DNA from: Andalucia godoyi And28
Taxonomy: Eukaryota > Protista > Jakobida
DNA: 64,000 nt
Direction of reading: 5' to 3'
NCBI GenBank assembly: GCA_009859145.1
Contig: VRVR01000004.1
Span: 170,677 to 234,676 of the forward strand
The notes beneath the pieces are model-generated. The model had not been told where the DNA came from. It worked only from the letters and a program-made list of their open reading frames with translations, and searched no databases. Of this stretch, positions 29,731 to 39,981 are shown one piece after another. Numbering within the stretch: position 1 is the first letter of the stretch; every line of letters starts with the position of its first letter. The translations under genes were made by a program, and so were the position numbers.

Positions 29731-31151
29731 CTAATACTCAACATCGGGATCGTCTTTTTCGTCGTCTGAACTCAGCTCTCTCGTCGATGCTCTCTCAGCA
29801 GCGGGACTCTTGGCCAGTATCCAGTCGTGCTTGTTGACCTTCTTGAAGAACTTTGGCTCCCACTCTTCCTTCTTCTCCTTTCTTTCCTTCTTCTCCAAAC
29901 GCTGCGACTCTTCCAAGTCCGACTTAAACTTTGTGGCATTCTCCTGGTCCTTCTTGACCAACGACTCCGTGACATCAGCCCAGATGCGCAGGGAATTGTT
30001 GGCAGGAAGTTCCTCATCGGGAGGAATATACTTGCGCAACCGCTGTGCAGTAGCGGGATCAAAGAAGAGCTGCGTTTTCCCGGTAGCTTCCTCTGTGATT
30101 TCGAGCATTTCATTCCACTTTCCTGTAATCTTGAAGAGGGCCTTCTTCTGTTTGGGATGCTTGATGCGTCCTTCAATTTTGTTGTATTCGCCCCCAAACA
30201 TTCCTTTGGTCTTGAATTCGATGTCGCATACATACTCTGTTTCCAAGCACTCGATGGAAACCTTGCCACCCAGTTCCATAATCAACGATCCAAAAAGAAT
30301 GCCTCGTGCATACACATTCGGCCAAGTAACCATGTACGTCTCACCGTGGTCTAGTAAGTGAACGAAGGCACGGCCGTCTCCGAGCGAAGCCGCGGAGTTT
30401 CCGAGGAACCTTGACTTTGGATAGTAGTAGCCATCAATCACAATGTTCTTGGCAGGAATGTGGCCGTGAATCGCAGAAATCGGAGGATGATGTGAAACCT
30501 GTTCTGCAAAGTAATGGATCTTTGCTCCGCTTTCGGGAATGGTGTACGAAGCTTCGAATGTTTCCCCAAGAATAGGGTTGTACGGCTTTTTAACTCCCTG
30601 ATTTGTTTTTCAGAAGCAGAAAATGCGGAGAAAAAAAACACAAAGCAGTCAGTGTATACTCTTGAAGACACGCACTGAGAAAAGAAATGAGGAGAAAAGA
30701 CATACCTGGCTCTTCAGATGCCATCCGGAAAGGTACCACTTCACAATCTCCTTCATTCGGTCAACAGGAGTCGCAGCATCCGTTGATCTAAACAAGCAAC
30801 CGTCGGGGGGAGAAACAACACGTTAGCGATTAGGGGGGGTTGCTGCAGAAAGAATAGAAAGAGGGAGAAAGAAAGATAGAAAGAGGGAGGGATAGAAAGT
30901 GACGCATACTGGGCAAGAATGTCACCATGAACAAGAAAATCTGTGAGTTTCTCCAGAAGCGATCGAGGTTCCAGAACATGCGTCGGAAGCGTGACCTTTG
31001 AAAGATCCATTCCGACCTTGAGCTGCCCGATGAGATGTTTAAGCAGCGACTTTTTGTTCTCGTCCAGCTCTTCATTCTCTCCGGTCACATCCGCGATATC
31101 AATCACTCGCGGAAGAGGCTTCTTTCCATTTGGAGTCGCGGAACTCGACAT
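29731..31151 (-). CDS. Oxysterol-binding protein (short Osh/KES1 type), 3 exons
   Basis: GMDLSKVTLPTHVLEPRSLLEKL; KKPYNPILGE; AEQVSHHPP signature (aggatgatgtgaaacctgttctgc on + strand); NSLRIWADVT...KSDLEESQR. Confidence 0.92.
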
Positions 31152-31480
31152 GTCCGAAATTACAACGCGCGGGTGGACGCAGACGACAGACGCACCAGAC
31201 TGTAGATCAAGAATAAGAATCGAGAGGAAACACGCAGGAAAAGAAAGAGGAAGTGAACAGAACGGACCCAAAGAAAGAAGCACAGCAAGTCAAATTTCAT
31301 TGTTTGGGCAAAAAAGTAGAAAGCTGCAAGAAGGTCTCAAGTCTCAACTCTCGAGTGCCATTCGGACACTTGAACGCCTTCTTGAACGGGAGAAAGCCCC
31401 CAAATGCTCAAATGCTTAAATGCTTCCATGCTCACGAGTCCGGATTGGATTTTTATGTAATACTTTCCCCCTTCTTTCGC

Positions 31481-31482
<2 letters not shown>

Positions 31483-31524
<42 letters not shown>
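31483..31524. repeat. (TG)n microsatellite in OSBP/RPN12 divergent intergenic region
   Basis: Seen directly. Confidence 0.9.
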
Positions 31525-31527
<3 letters not shown>

Positions 31528-31606
31528 CAAGTCCGGAAGGAAGGAGCCGTATTTTCCAAAATCAGAATCAAAAGAAAGGACGACGAGTCAGCCAAGATAA
31601 AGAAAG

Positions 31607-32362
31607 ATGTCCACGAGGTTATTGCAGCTGCGTGATTCAATTGTTTCGAGCCGTGGGTCGTATGACGCATTGAATGATCTTTTTGTGCAGTTCAAGATTG
31701 AACTTGCGTCTTCTGCAAAGTCCACAGAAGTGGACAGACTTGCTCGGGATGTTCTTGAAACTGCAGTGCTTTCTGCGGCCAATGCATCCGACTTTGAAGC
31801 ACTTGGACGACACACTGCACAGCTCAAAGACTACTACTTCTCGCCATCGCTTTCTGGGTCTCCATCTTCGAATGAGTCTCTTGTGTTTGCACTGGACCTG
31901 CTTCGGTTGCTCGCAAAGAATGAGCTTTCAGCATTTCATGTGGAGCTCGAAAGAATTCCGTTTGCAAGACAGGCAGATCCGCTCATTGCGTATGCAATTG
32001 CACTCGAAAGACATCTGATGGAAGGTTCTTACGTCAAGTTGCGTTCATCGTGCGTCGACAAGCTGCCGCACCAGGCATTTCGTGTATTCGTGCCAAAGAT
32101 TCTTGAAACGGTCAGAGAAGAAGCTGCGAAAAGCGTCGAAGCGGCATACAAGAACTTGTCTGTTCAGTACCTTACGCAATTGCTCATGCTGCAGACGCCT
32201 GCCGAAATGCAGACGTATGCAAAGGCTCGCGGATGGACCTTGTCGCCCGCTGGAGATCAATTTGTGTTTAATGTCAAGAAGGAGGAAGCAAAGGAGTATC
32301 CTGCACAGAATGTCATTCTCGATACCCTGTTCTACGCCAAGGAAATGGAGAAGATTGTTTAA
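31607..32362 (+). CDS. RPN12: 26S proteasome regulatory subunit RPN12/PSMD8
   Basis: LARDVLETAVL, QLKDYY, LDLLRLLAKNELSAFHVELE, LERHLMEGSY, YAKEMEKIV. Confidence 0.95.
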   Translation: MSTRLLQLRDSIVSSRGSYDALNDLFVQFKIELASSAKSTEVDRLARDVLETAVLSAANASDFEALGRHTAQLKDYYFSPSLSGSPSSNESLVFALDLLRLLAKNELSAFHVELERIPFARQADPLIAYAIALERHLMEGSYVKLRSSCVDKLPHQAFRVFVPKILETVREEAAKSVEAAYKNLSVQYLTQLLMLQTPAEMQTYAKARGWTLSPAGDQFVFNVKKEEAKEYPAQNVILDTLFYAKEMEKIV

Positions 32363-32497
32363 AAAGAGTCTATCGCACAGCACACGCACGGGTGCTGATA
32401 AAAATAATAATAAAAACAGGGGAATCGCTGTTCATTTGTGTCTCTAATCAACGATCGTTATTCTTCCACTGATGATGCTTCACAAGGCTTGACACAT

Positions 32498-35466
32498 TCA
32501 CCTGCATTGGTATGCAGGATCCGTGGTTTCTGGAGCATACTGCAGACAAATGTAGTCAAATGCATAGTCAGGAAGGAGCAGCGGCGTTTCATTCGCAACG
32601 CGGCGGATAATGTGAGGCGGAATCAACGCACGAGACGGAGCAAATACGTGCGTCAGATTTGCGGCTTCATCGACGGGAACAACAACGCCATCGCCTTCGA
32701 TAATCATTCGCTCAAGGGCCTTGCGGAGATTCTCTTCAATGCCCGAGCAGGATATGCGCCAGCCGTGAAAAGGACCATGGCCTAGTTCAGCACGGTACAG
32801 TCTCCAGCGTCGACACGTACCCTGCCACAACAACTTCTTGGTCGACGTCATTTGGATCGTTTTGTCGCCATGAAATTCGTACTCGTCGGGAGCAAGGAGA
32901 GCTCGTGATCGCTTGCATGCATCAACATACTTCCTCATCAGAACCCACTTACCGGCCGCACAAGCACAGAACAGTTTGTCGGTGCGCGATAGCTCAGAAA
33001 GAATAACGTGCGTACATTCAGGTTTGTACGAATGGCAAGTGCGCAACGCAAATCCTCCTGCGGAAGAGATGTCTTTTCGCATCCGCTCCTGCGACGCTTC
33101 ATCCCCGCCAAAGAGAAACACCCAACCTCTGTTTTTTTCATTCGGTTCAAAGCCTTTCAACAAGTCCTCCGTTTTTTCGTCCTGCCGCAGCGAGCGGGGA
33201 GAAACACCAGACATACGACGCTTTTTCGCTGCGGGCTCGACGGGCGACGAGGATTCTTGGGGGGCAGTAGTGAGTGCCCGAACTCGTTTGGAAACCGGGA
33301 CTGCTAAAGATTTGGCATGTCGGCCATTTTCAACGACGGTGTGATCGGTTGCGAAAGATTTGCTGGCAGAAGACACCCCTTTGCGTCCATTCTCTCCTTC
33401 TTCTGCATATGCTCCGTCTTCCTCTTCGTCCGAGTCACCTTCTTCCGACCTTTCCTCCTGCTCCTCATACTCTTCATACTCTTCCTCTTCCTCTTCCTCT
33501 TCCTCCTCTCCTAACTTACGTTTTGACCTCTCGCGCACGCTCTTATGTCGCTTGTCGGACGAAGGGATTTCTCGTACATCTTCTTCTTCCGGCTCGGATG
33601 CTCCGGCTGATGGCTCGAATTTTCCAACGCGGTCCTTGCGTGTGGTCGCAATCGCTGCGACTTTGCTCTTCTTGACAGTTGGCGTCTTGGTCTGCAGCAC
33701 TTTTGAATCCAACAGTTCCGGAACACCTGCCTTTGCTTGCTGGGCCGGCAAAACAGAAGCAGGCTTCCTTTTTCCAACCGAACTGGCAGGCTTCTTGTCA
33801 TGGGAATGGTGTTCAACAAACCACTGCGGAACCGGCAGGGGCCGATACAAATGTTCTCCGATATTCTTGGAGTACGGCACGACGTCCAGACATTTCCATG
33901 AGAAGTAGCAATTGTCAATCCATAGGTAGCTGGCTGTGGTGACTCCCCATTCCGCAGCGTATCGGTATTTTTCCGTATCTGTGCTGTTCGTCACCAAATG
34001 CGTGTTCTTGCCTTTCTGCATGTTCTCGGTAACAGCTGCACCGAGGGCGGTGATCATTGACGCAAGATCTCCACGCTCTGGCTCCCGGAATCCAGAAAGG
34101 GCAATTACAAAGTTTTTGAAAGACGCGATAGGTGACAACCCTGGCATGAAGGCCAGGCGCGAGTAGAACCAAAATCTCCGCCCCGCCTTGTCGCAGCTCA
34201 CCAGCCAGAGATGATTCACACACGGTATCCGATTTGACTCGGCAAACATCCAAGCGGCAGAGTCCCTACGAGACGAGATCACAAAATCAAACGGGCCTTC
34301 CTTCTCGGACACGGCCCACGATCCTCCACGACGTTCAATAATGTCAGAACAAGTTGCTTGAATGCGGCCTGTCATGGACGTGTCCAGCAGAAACCTGGAG
34401 TTCTTGAAGAGCGGATTATACAGGTCAACCAGCGGCAGCTGATCTCCAGGTTTTGTAGCATCTCCTGGTTGTTGCTCCACGACGCGCGGAAGAAGGAAAG
34501 GAGATTCGTCAACAAGATATCCTCTTTCCATGCACAAATTGAACCATTTGGCATGAACAATTTTAACAGAGGGCAATTGGCAGGCTGCCTGATACTTTTG
34601 CTATTTCTCCACAAAACAAAGCCCCCCCAAAAAGGGGCGAACGCTGATTAGACTTTCAAACTTTCGTGAAAATGGCGGAACGAAGCAATACGCACGCACA
34701 CACATACTCCTTTTGTTTCCAACAAAATCAAATGCGTTACATTGGAATCCACAAAGTGCTGATAAATGCCGCCCATCATGTCCACAACCGCACAGATCTT
34801 TTCTTTTTCCCCTACAGGAATCTTCCATTTTCCAGTTCAGTAAGTTTTAATGCCAAAAAGACAACCAAAAAAGAAAGAAAAAAACATGAAGTACCAAAAA
34901 CAGGGTAAAATCATACTTGCGCAGAGGAAACACAGAGACCTTGAAACATCATTGCTGGTCTTGGACGATATGGAACATAGTCCAGCTGTGTTTTGGCATC
35001 AATGCACGCGAACACCCATGATGGCTGGTGTTATTGGCAACATCAACGCAAACACACACATGTATACATTAGACAGGCAAAGACACAAACAAGAGCAAGA
35101 TGAAGAAACGCAAACCAAACATACAGTCACAATCGGTATGGACACGGCAACAGCTTCTTGTCGTTGTGAAAGCTGCAAGCATTCGGACACTATAACATTC
35201 GCCAACTGAGAAGTTGTAACAACAGTTCCTTTGAACCGCTCAATCTACCGGGGGGAAGAAAAAAACACGCGTTGTCAGCATAATTGATCTGAAAGCGAGG
35301 AGTGGGTTGGAAAACACATGGTGGAGGCGGGCGCGAGGGAGAAATGAAAGGGAATAGAAGGAAGGGGGAAGGGGAAAAGATGGCATACTTGAGAAGCAGT
35401 GACTTCGTACAACGAGGTCGGCACCGTTGCAGCAAAATAAAACTTTTTCCCAGAAAATATCGACAT
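32498..35466 (-). CDS. Multi-BRCT protein (Rtt107/Brc1/PTIP-like), several exons
   Basis: Exon 1 MSIFSGKKFYF; spliced IPIVT|PSWVFACIDAKTQL; VHAKWFNLC; VNHLWLVSC; THLVTN..TEKYRYAAEWGV..ASYLWIDNC; C-terminal tandem BRCT CTHVI...RTDKLFCACAAGKWVL. Confidence 0.85.
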
Positions 35467-35936
35467 TCACGCAAGAAAAAAGAGCGTGTCTGCGCGAGTG
35501 CCGTATTGCCTCGATATAATTTCTCTTTAAAGTATAACAAATATAAATCTGCAGGTTTTCACGAAGCCATACAAAAGGATAAAGAAGATCGTGAACAAGT
35601 ATTACGCTCCAACCTAAACCTCTCTCCAAAACATTTGGCTCGCGTGCTGCGCCTCAAGCAGATTATTTGGCGTAAAGTGACTTTTACAATCCGCATCAGC
35701 GCCCACCCAATGAAGTTCCCCTTTTGAGTGGGGACATCCGACAACGACAACGATAACGACAAGGACAATGACAAAGCAACAACCGGTAGCAGCATTCTGC
35801 AGCGGAAAAAGGCTGGCCTTCATTCAACAGCAATGTCGACGGCTGGCCCTTGTTCCAGTGTTATTCCCCCCGTCATCGTCTTCCTGAACACCCCGGGCAT
35901 GCGCAACACATCGACATTAAGAAGAATCTGGCGCAT

Positions 35937-36938
35937 TTACTTTCTACTCTGCGACATTTGCACGAAATCTTGAATAAACTGGGCAGTAAATTTTCCAAAT
36001 CGATCCTCCGTAATGACATTATAATGATTAGCACCATTCACCTTTCGGACGAGCACCGGTTGCAGAGCCTTCTTCATAGCCTCTACATGGTCCGGTCTCA
36101 TCATGGGAGGCGACCCGTCCGCGAATCCCATTTCGGCAAGAACCATTCCAATTGGAATATCTCTGCTAATGTCTTCTTCCATTTCTTTCGCGGTGAGAAA
36201 CCTGGACTGCATAAATTCAGAGTCGCAATTGATCATTTCCGGACTGGCACGCAGCCGGAACGCATTCCCAACCCTTTTCAGCTCGTACTCGTAGAACTGT
36301 CGCATGTCGGCCGACACTTCTCGGACATCCAGGACTCGAGTGGCTACATATTCCTCCACCGAATCAAACGATTTTGATAATCTCTTGATCGCGTTGGCAA
36401 CTCCAAGAGTCGTGTCCTGATCAAAACCAGGCTTTCCGGCTTCGCGAGGGAAGCCTCCGTCCAACAGCACTGCGCCAGCGACTCGTTTCGGATGCAGTTT
36501 ACAAGTGTAGAGCGAGATGAAGGAACCCATGGAATGACCAGCCAAGATGCACTTTTCAATGCTGAGAGAATCCATCAGAGCAACAAGGTCCGATGCATGA
36601 TCCTCCAGAGATCTGTACCGCGACATGTACTGCATTGTTTGCTGTGGTTCTGAAGAATCCGGCACAAACGACTTCCCACGGCCTCGAACATCAATTAGAA
36701 TCGCCCCATCAGCGTGGTGCAAGTTTCTCAAAACACCCGGAAAGTTGAGACTGTTTGTCGTCAGACCATGGATGAACAACAGCGGACGCGAACCAAGCGG
36801 ACCTAAAATGTGTGCATGCATGGGAAAGCCCCCCGAGGCTGTCGTGAAGAAATGGGACTCATAAGGAATCCGAAGGGGATGCGGAACAGGAGCGATTGAA
36901 AACTGTCGGAGGATGTTCACGCAACGGATGCGCATCAT
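35937..36938 (-). CDS. Alpha/beta hydrolase with presequence-like N-terminus
   Basis: LLFIHGLT, DVRGRGKS, nucleophile GHSMG, LLDGG, C-terminal NHY. Confidence 0.9.
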   Translation of the reverse strand: MMRIRCVNILRQFSIAPVPHPLRIPYESHFFTTASGGFPMHAHILGPLGSRPLLFIHGLTTNSLNFPGVLRNLHHADGAILIDVRGRGKSFVPDSSEPQQTMQYMSRYRSLEDHASDLVALMDSLSIEKCILAGHSMGSFISLYTCKLHPKRVAGAVLLDGGFPREAGKPGFDQDTTLGVANAIKRLSKSFDSVEEYVATRVLDVREVSADMRQFYEYELKRVGNAFRLRASPEMINCDSEFMQSRFLTAKEMEEDISRDIPIGMVLAEMGFADGSPPMMRPDHVEAMKKALQPVLVRKVNGANHYNVITEDRFGKFTAQFIQDFVQMSQSRK

Positions 36939-37567
36939 TCTTCTTCTTCTTCTTCTTCTTCTTCTTCTGCTTCTGCTTCTTGTTACTTGTTCTCTTTGTC
37001 CTCCCCCTACCTCGTCCCTTCAAGGAACTCAGACGCGGATGCGCAGTTCCTTCTCACAAGCAACAAAACAAGAAGTTCGCAAAGAGAACTGACGCATCCG
37101 TCGTACTGGGCACGCATAAGCAAACCCCACACCTCGGCTTGATGACTCTTTCTGTGGACGTGATGCAAGGTTCAAGCGTCGATTGCAAAGTCAAATGAGA
37201 CCGCTGAGCAGCAGCTTTCCACCAATTCTTTTGATTCCCTGATGCCTCTCTCTGATTTCTTCTCTGTATTGATTCGATGCTGTCTTTTTGTTTTGATTGT
37301 ACGATTCCTTTTGTATTTCTCCTTCCTCTTTTCTTCTTACTTTTCTTCTTTTTTTTCTTTTTCTTCCAAGTTTCAAAAAGGAATATACTCTTGCTGGCTG
37401 CATTGCATTTTATTTATTACTTTTTTGATTTCATCAAGACGCTTTTTTTAATTTCATCTCATCATCCCGATCTTGTCCCAAAAGAAAAGGCTTGCGTGAC
37501 TACGAAGAAGCGAAGAGTTAACCAACAAACAAAGGGAGAAGAAAGTGGCAATCAAGAGTCGTAAGAA

Positions 37568-38941
37568 ATGTCTCAACGTGCACCGTTGTTGTCGGATGTG
37601 TTTGAAGATCTTTCTGCGCGGTTCATTGTGAATTGTCCCCAAGAGGATCTGGACTCCAATGAACGTCTGTGCTTTGTTATTGAGACTGCCCATTGGTATT
37701 ATGAAGACTTTTACAGAGAGCAGTATCCGTCGCTGCCACCAATGAAGTTCACGGACTTTTGCGTAAAGTTCTTCGCGGCTTGTCCATTGCTTCGGCCGCA
37801 TGTTCACATGGTTTCCGACATTGTTGGCGACTTCCATGCGTATAAAAGCGCAATTCCTGTGTGCGGCGCGATCCTTTTGAACGAAGCTTGCGACAAGATT
37901 TTGCTGGTTTCGTCGTACTCCAAGAAGAACTCGTGGGGATTTCCACGAGGAAAGATCGCAAAGGACGAGTGCGAGATGGAATGTGCTATCAGAGAAGTAG
38001 ACGAGGAGATTGGATTTGACGTGAGACCGTATGTGAAGGAAGATATGTATGTCGAGAAGTTCGTTCTTGCACACATGGTCCGCTTGTATCTTTGCGTCGG
38101 TGTTCCGGAGTCGACGCGGTTTCAGACAAGAACGAGAAAGGAAATTGCAGAGATCCAGTGGCATCCAATTGCCAGTCTTCCAAGATTGAACAATAAGTTC
38201 CATCAAAGCGGCCCAGAACGGAAAAAGTCGGTTCAGTACTACTTGTGCTTTCCGTTTCTCCGCGATCTTTACGAGTTCTTAGAACAGCAAGTCGGTCGAG
38301 TAACACCGAATAAGCGCCGACCAGATGCTACCACTGGTGGTTCAATTGCGAAGAAGAATGGCAATGGCAATGGAAGGTCTCCAGCTCCTGGGTCTGGAAA
38401 AAGCAAAGGATCAAGACAGACTGCCAATTCTACGATGCTTCCGGCCCATTCAACGTACAGTATGCCGAGATCGTCTCCGTTGCATGCACCACCTGGTGTC
38501 GCCGTTGTATGTGATGCGGCATCCCTCGAGGCAAGCTTGCTTTCCACTTCCTCTCAATCTATTTCAAGCTCCCATCTCGATGGAACGCCGGTGTCTATTG
38601 CAGATTTGTTTTCGGCCTTTTCTCCGCCTCGGGATGCACCAGATTTGTCGAATATGAGTATGAATCAAAATGCTTTTACGCACCATAGTGATGGACTTCC
38701 AATACCCTTTCCAGGGCCACCAATGGCGTATTCGGCGACTGCAATTGAAGCAGCTGCTCTGGGCACTTCTCCCACCAGTCCTGTTCCAGTTTCTATTCCC
38801 ATTGCTGGCACTGCTGCGCCGACGACTCCAGGGCAAGCAACGCTTTCTCCACCGCCACCGTCTTCAATGTCGAAGAAGTCTTCTCTGGGTAGTTTCTCAT
38901 TTAACCGGGATTTGCTCTTTGAAGATGCTATCGAGGCTTAG
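37568..38941 (+). CDS. DCP2: mRNA decapping enzyme DCP2
   Basis: Box A EDLSARFIVNCP..ERLCFVIETAHWYYEDF; Nudix WGFPRGKIAKDECEMECAIREVDEEIG; FQTRTRKEIAEIQW; C-terminal helical leucine-like motif. Confidence 0.96.
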   Translation: MSQRAPLLSDVFEDLSARFIVNCPQEDLDSNERLCFVIETAHWYYEDFYREQYPSLPPMKFTDFCVKFFAACPLLRPHVHMVSDIVGDFHAYKSAIPVCGAILLNEACDKILLVSSYSKKNSWGFPRGKIAKDECEMECAIREVDEEIGFDVRPYVKEDMYVEKFVLAHMVRLYLCVGVPESTRFQTRTRKEIAEIQWHPIASLPRLNNKFHQSGPERKKSVQYYLCFPFLRDLYEFLEQQVGRVTPNKRRPDATTGGSIAKKNGNGNGRSPAPGSGKSKGSRQTANSTMLPAHSTYSMPRSSPLHAPPGVAVVCDAASLEASLLSTSSQSISSSHLDGTPVSIADLFSAFSPPRDAPDLSNMSMNQNAFTHHSDGLPIPFPGPPMAYSATAIEAAALGTSPTSPVPVSIPIAGTAAPTTPGQATLSPPPPSSMSKKSSLGSFSFNRDLLFEDAIEA

Positions 38942-39981
38942 ATTTATGAAATTTGATTTCAATCCATCTGAGCAAGTACATTCTGTATTTTATTTCTCTT
39001 TCCTTGGAGGTTATCATGTGTCTCTCTGTCTCTGTCTCTTTCTCTATCTCCTCTTCTGTTTTTCTTCGTATCAAGTCTTCTTTTTGTGCAGTAGTCTTGT
39101 ATCTTTTAATGCCTGTCCTGCCATGCAAATGGAGAGTTGACGTTGGTAGGCCGTCTATTGAAAGTTTGGATTCGATGTCCCCCCCCCCTTGGTGTGTGTG
39201 TGTGTTGACGGACTGGTATGGCTTTTCTGGGTTGCTGTTGGTAGACGTTGACGGAGTTTATCGCTATTGGGTGGCACGGCGACAGATGACAGCTTTGTGT
39301 ATCGAACGTTGAACATCAAACAATACTATTTTCTTACGTTAGTCAAGTCTAGAATTACTTCTTTTTTCACTTTTCTTTCTTTCTATTATTATCTGTTTGT
39401 TTCTTATATTTATAATCGAACCCTCGAACAGCACCTTTCATCAAAGACAAAGACAAAACATCGCATGGCTCCAAAGAGGGGTCTTCCCAGCAAACTCAAA
39501 CCGGCCATGCCCGAAGATGCCGAGAACCAAGGAACCCATTCATCCTCTCTTGTCGCAACTTGCTGAGCAAGCTGATGATTATCAAATCACGGAAGTGTGA
39601 TCGATTGTGTTTCGGAATGCGCTTTCCAGTCAGAGAACAAGAAGGAGCAAAGGCAAAAGCGTCGTTGGCGCAATGTGTCACACCGCAACACGATGCGCAA
39701 GTGAGAATTGCCCATGCGATGTGCAACGCCGCCAACCACATTCTGTTTCCTCCAACGTTCATTTTTGAATGTTGAATTGATTGGGGAATGTGTTGGCTGC
39801 GATGACCCTCTGACTGCATTGAAGAGTTGGTGCTCGCCCCAAATGAAAAAAACATGCGGCTTGGATCTGTCTTTTTGGTGACAGCTTAGCCGATTATGAT
39901 CAATAATGATTCATGTTCTGGCGAGCGGCTCGAGAAAAGTAAACGCGGTGTGGCACGATTCGTTCAGTAACAAAATTATGT

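Noticed and set aside
31398-31433. Triple aaatgct repeat in the OSBP/RPN12 promoter
   Set aside because: Short degenerate tandem repeat with no evidence of function
35614-35823. 69-aa minus-strand ORF with a hydrophobic stretch
   Set aside because: The hydrophobicity comes from a gttgtc microsatellite; no other coding evidence
39245-39262. Reverse-strand aactccgtca matching the IS607 left-end start
   Set aside because: Only ~10 nt of identity with no extended homology; expected by chance
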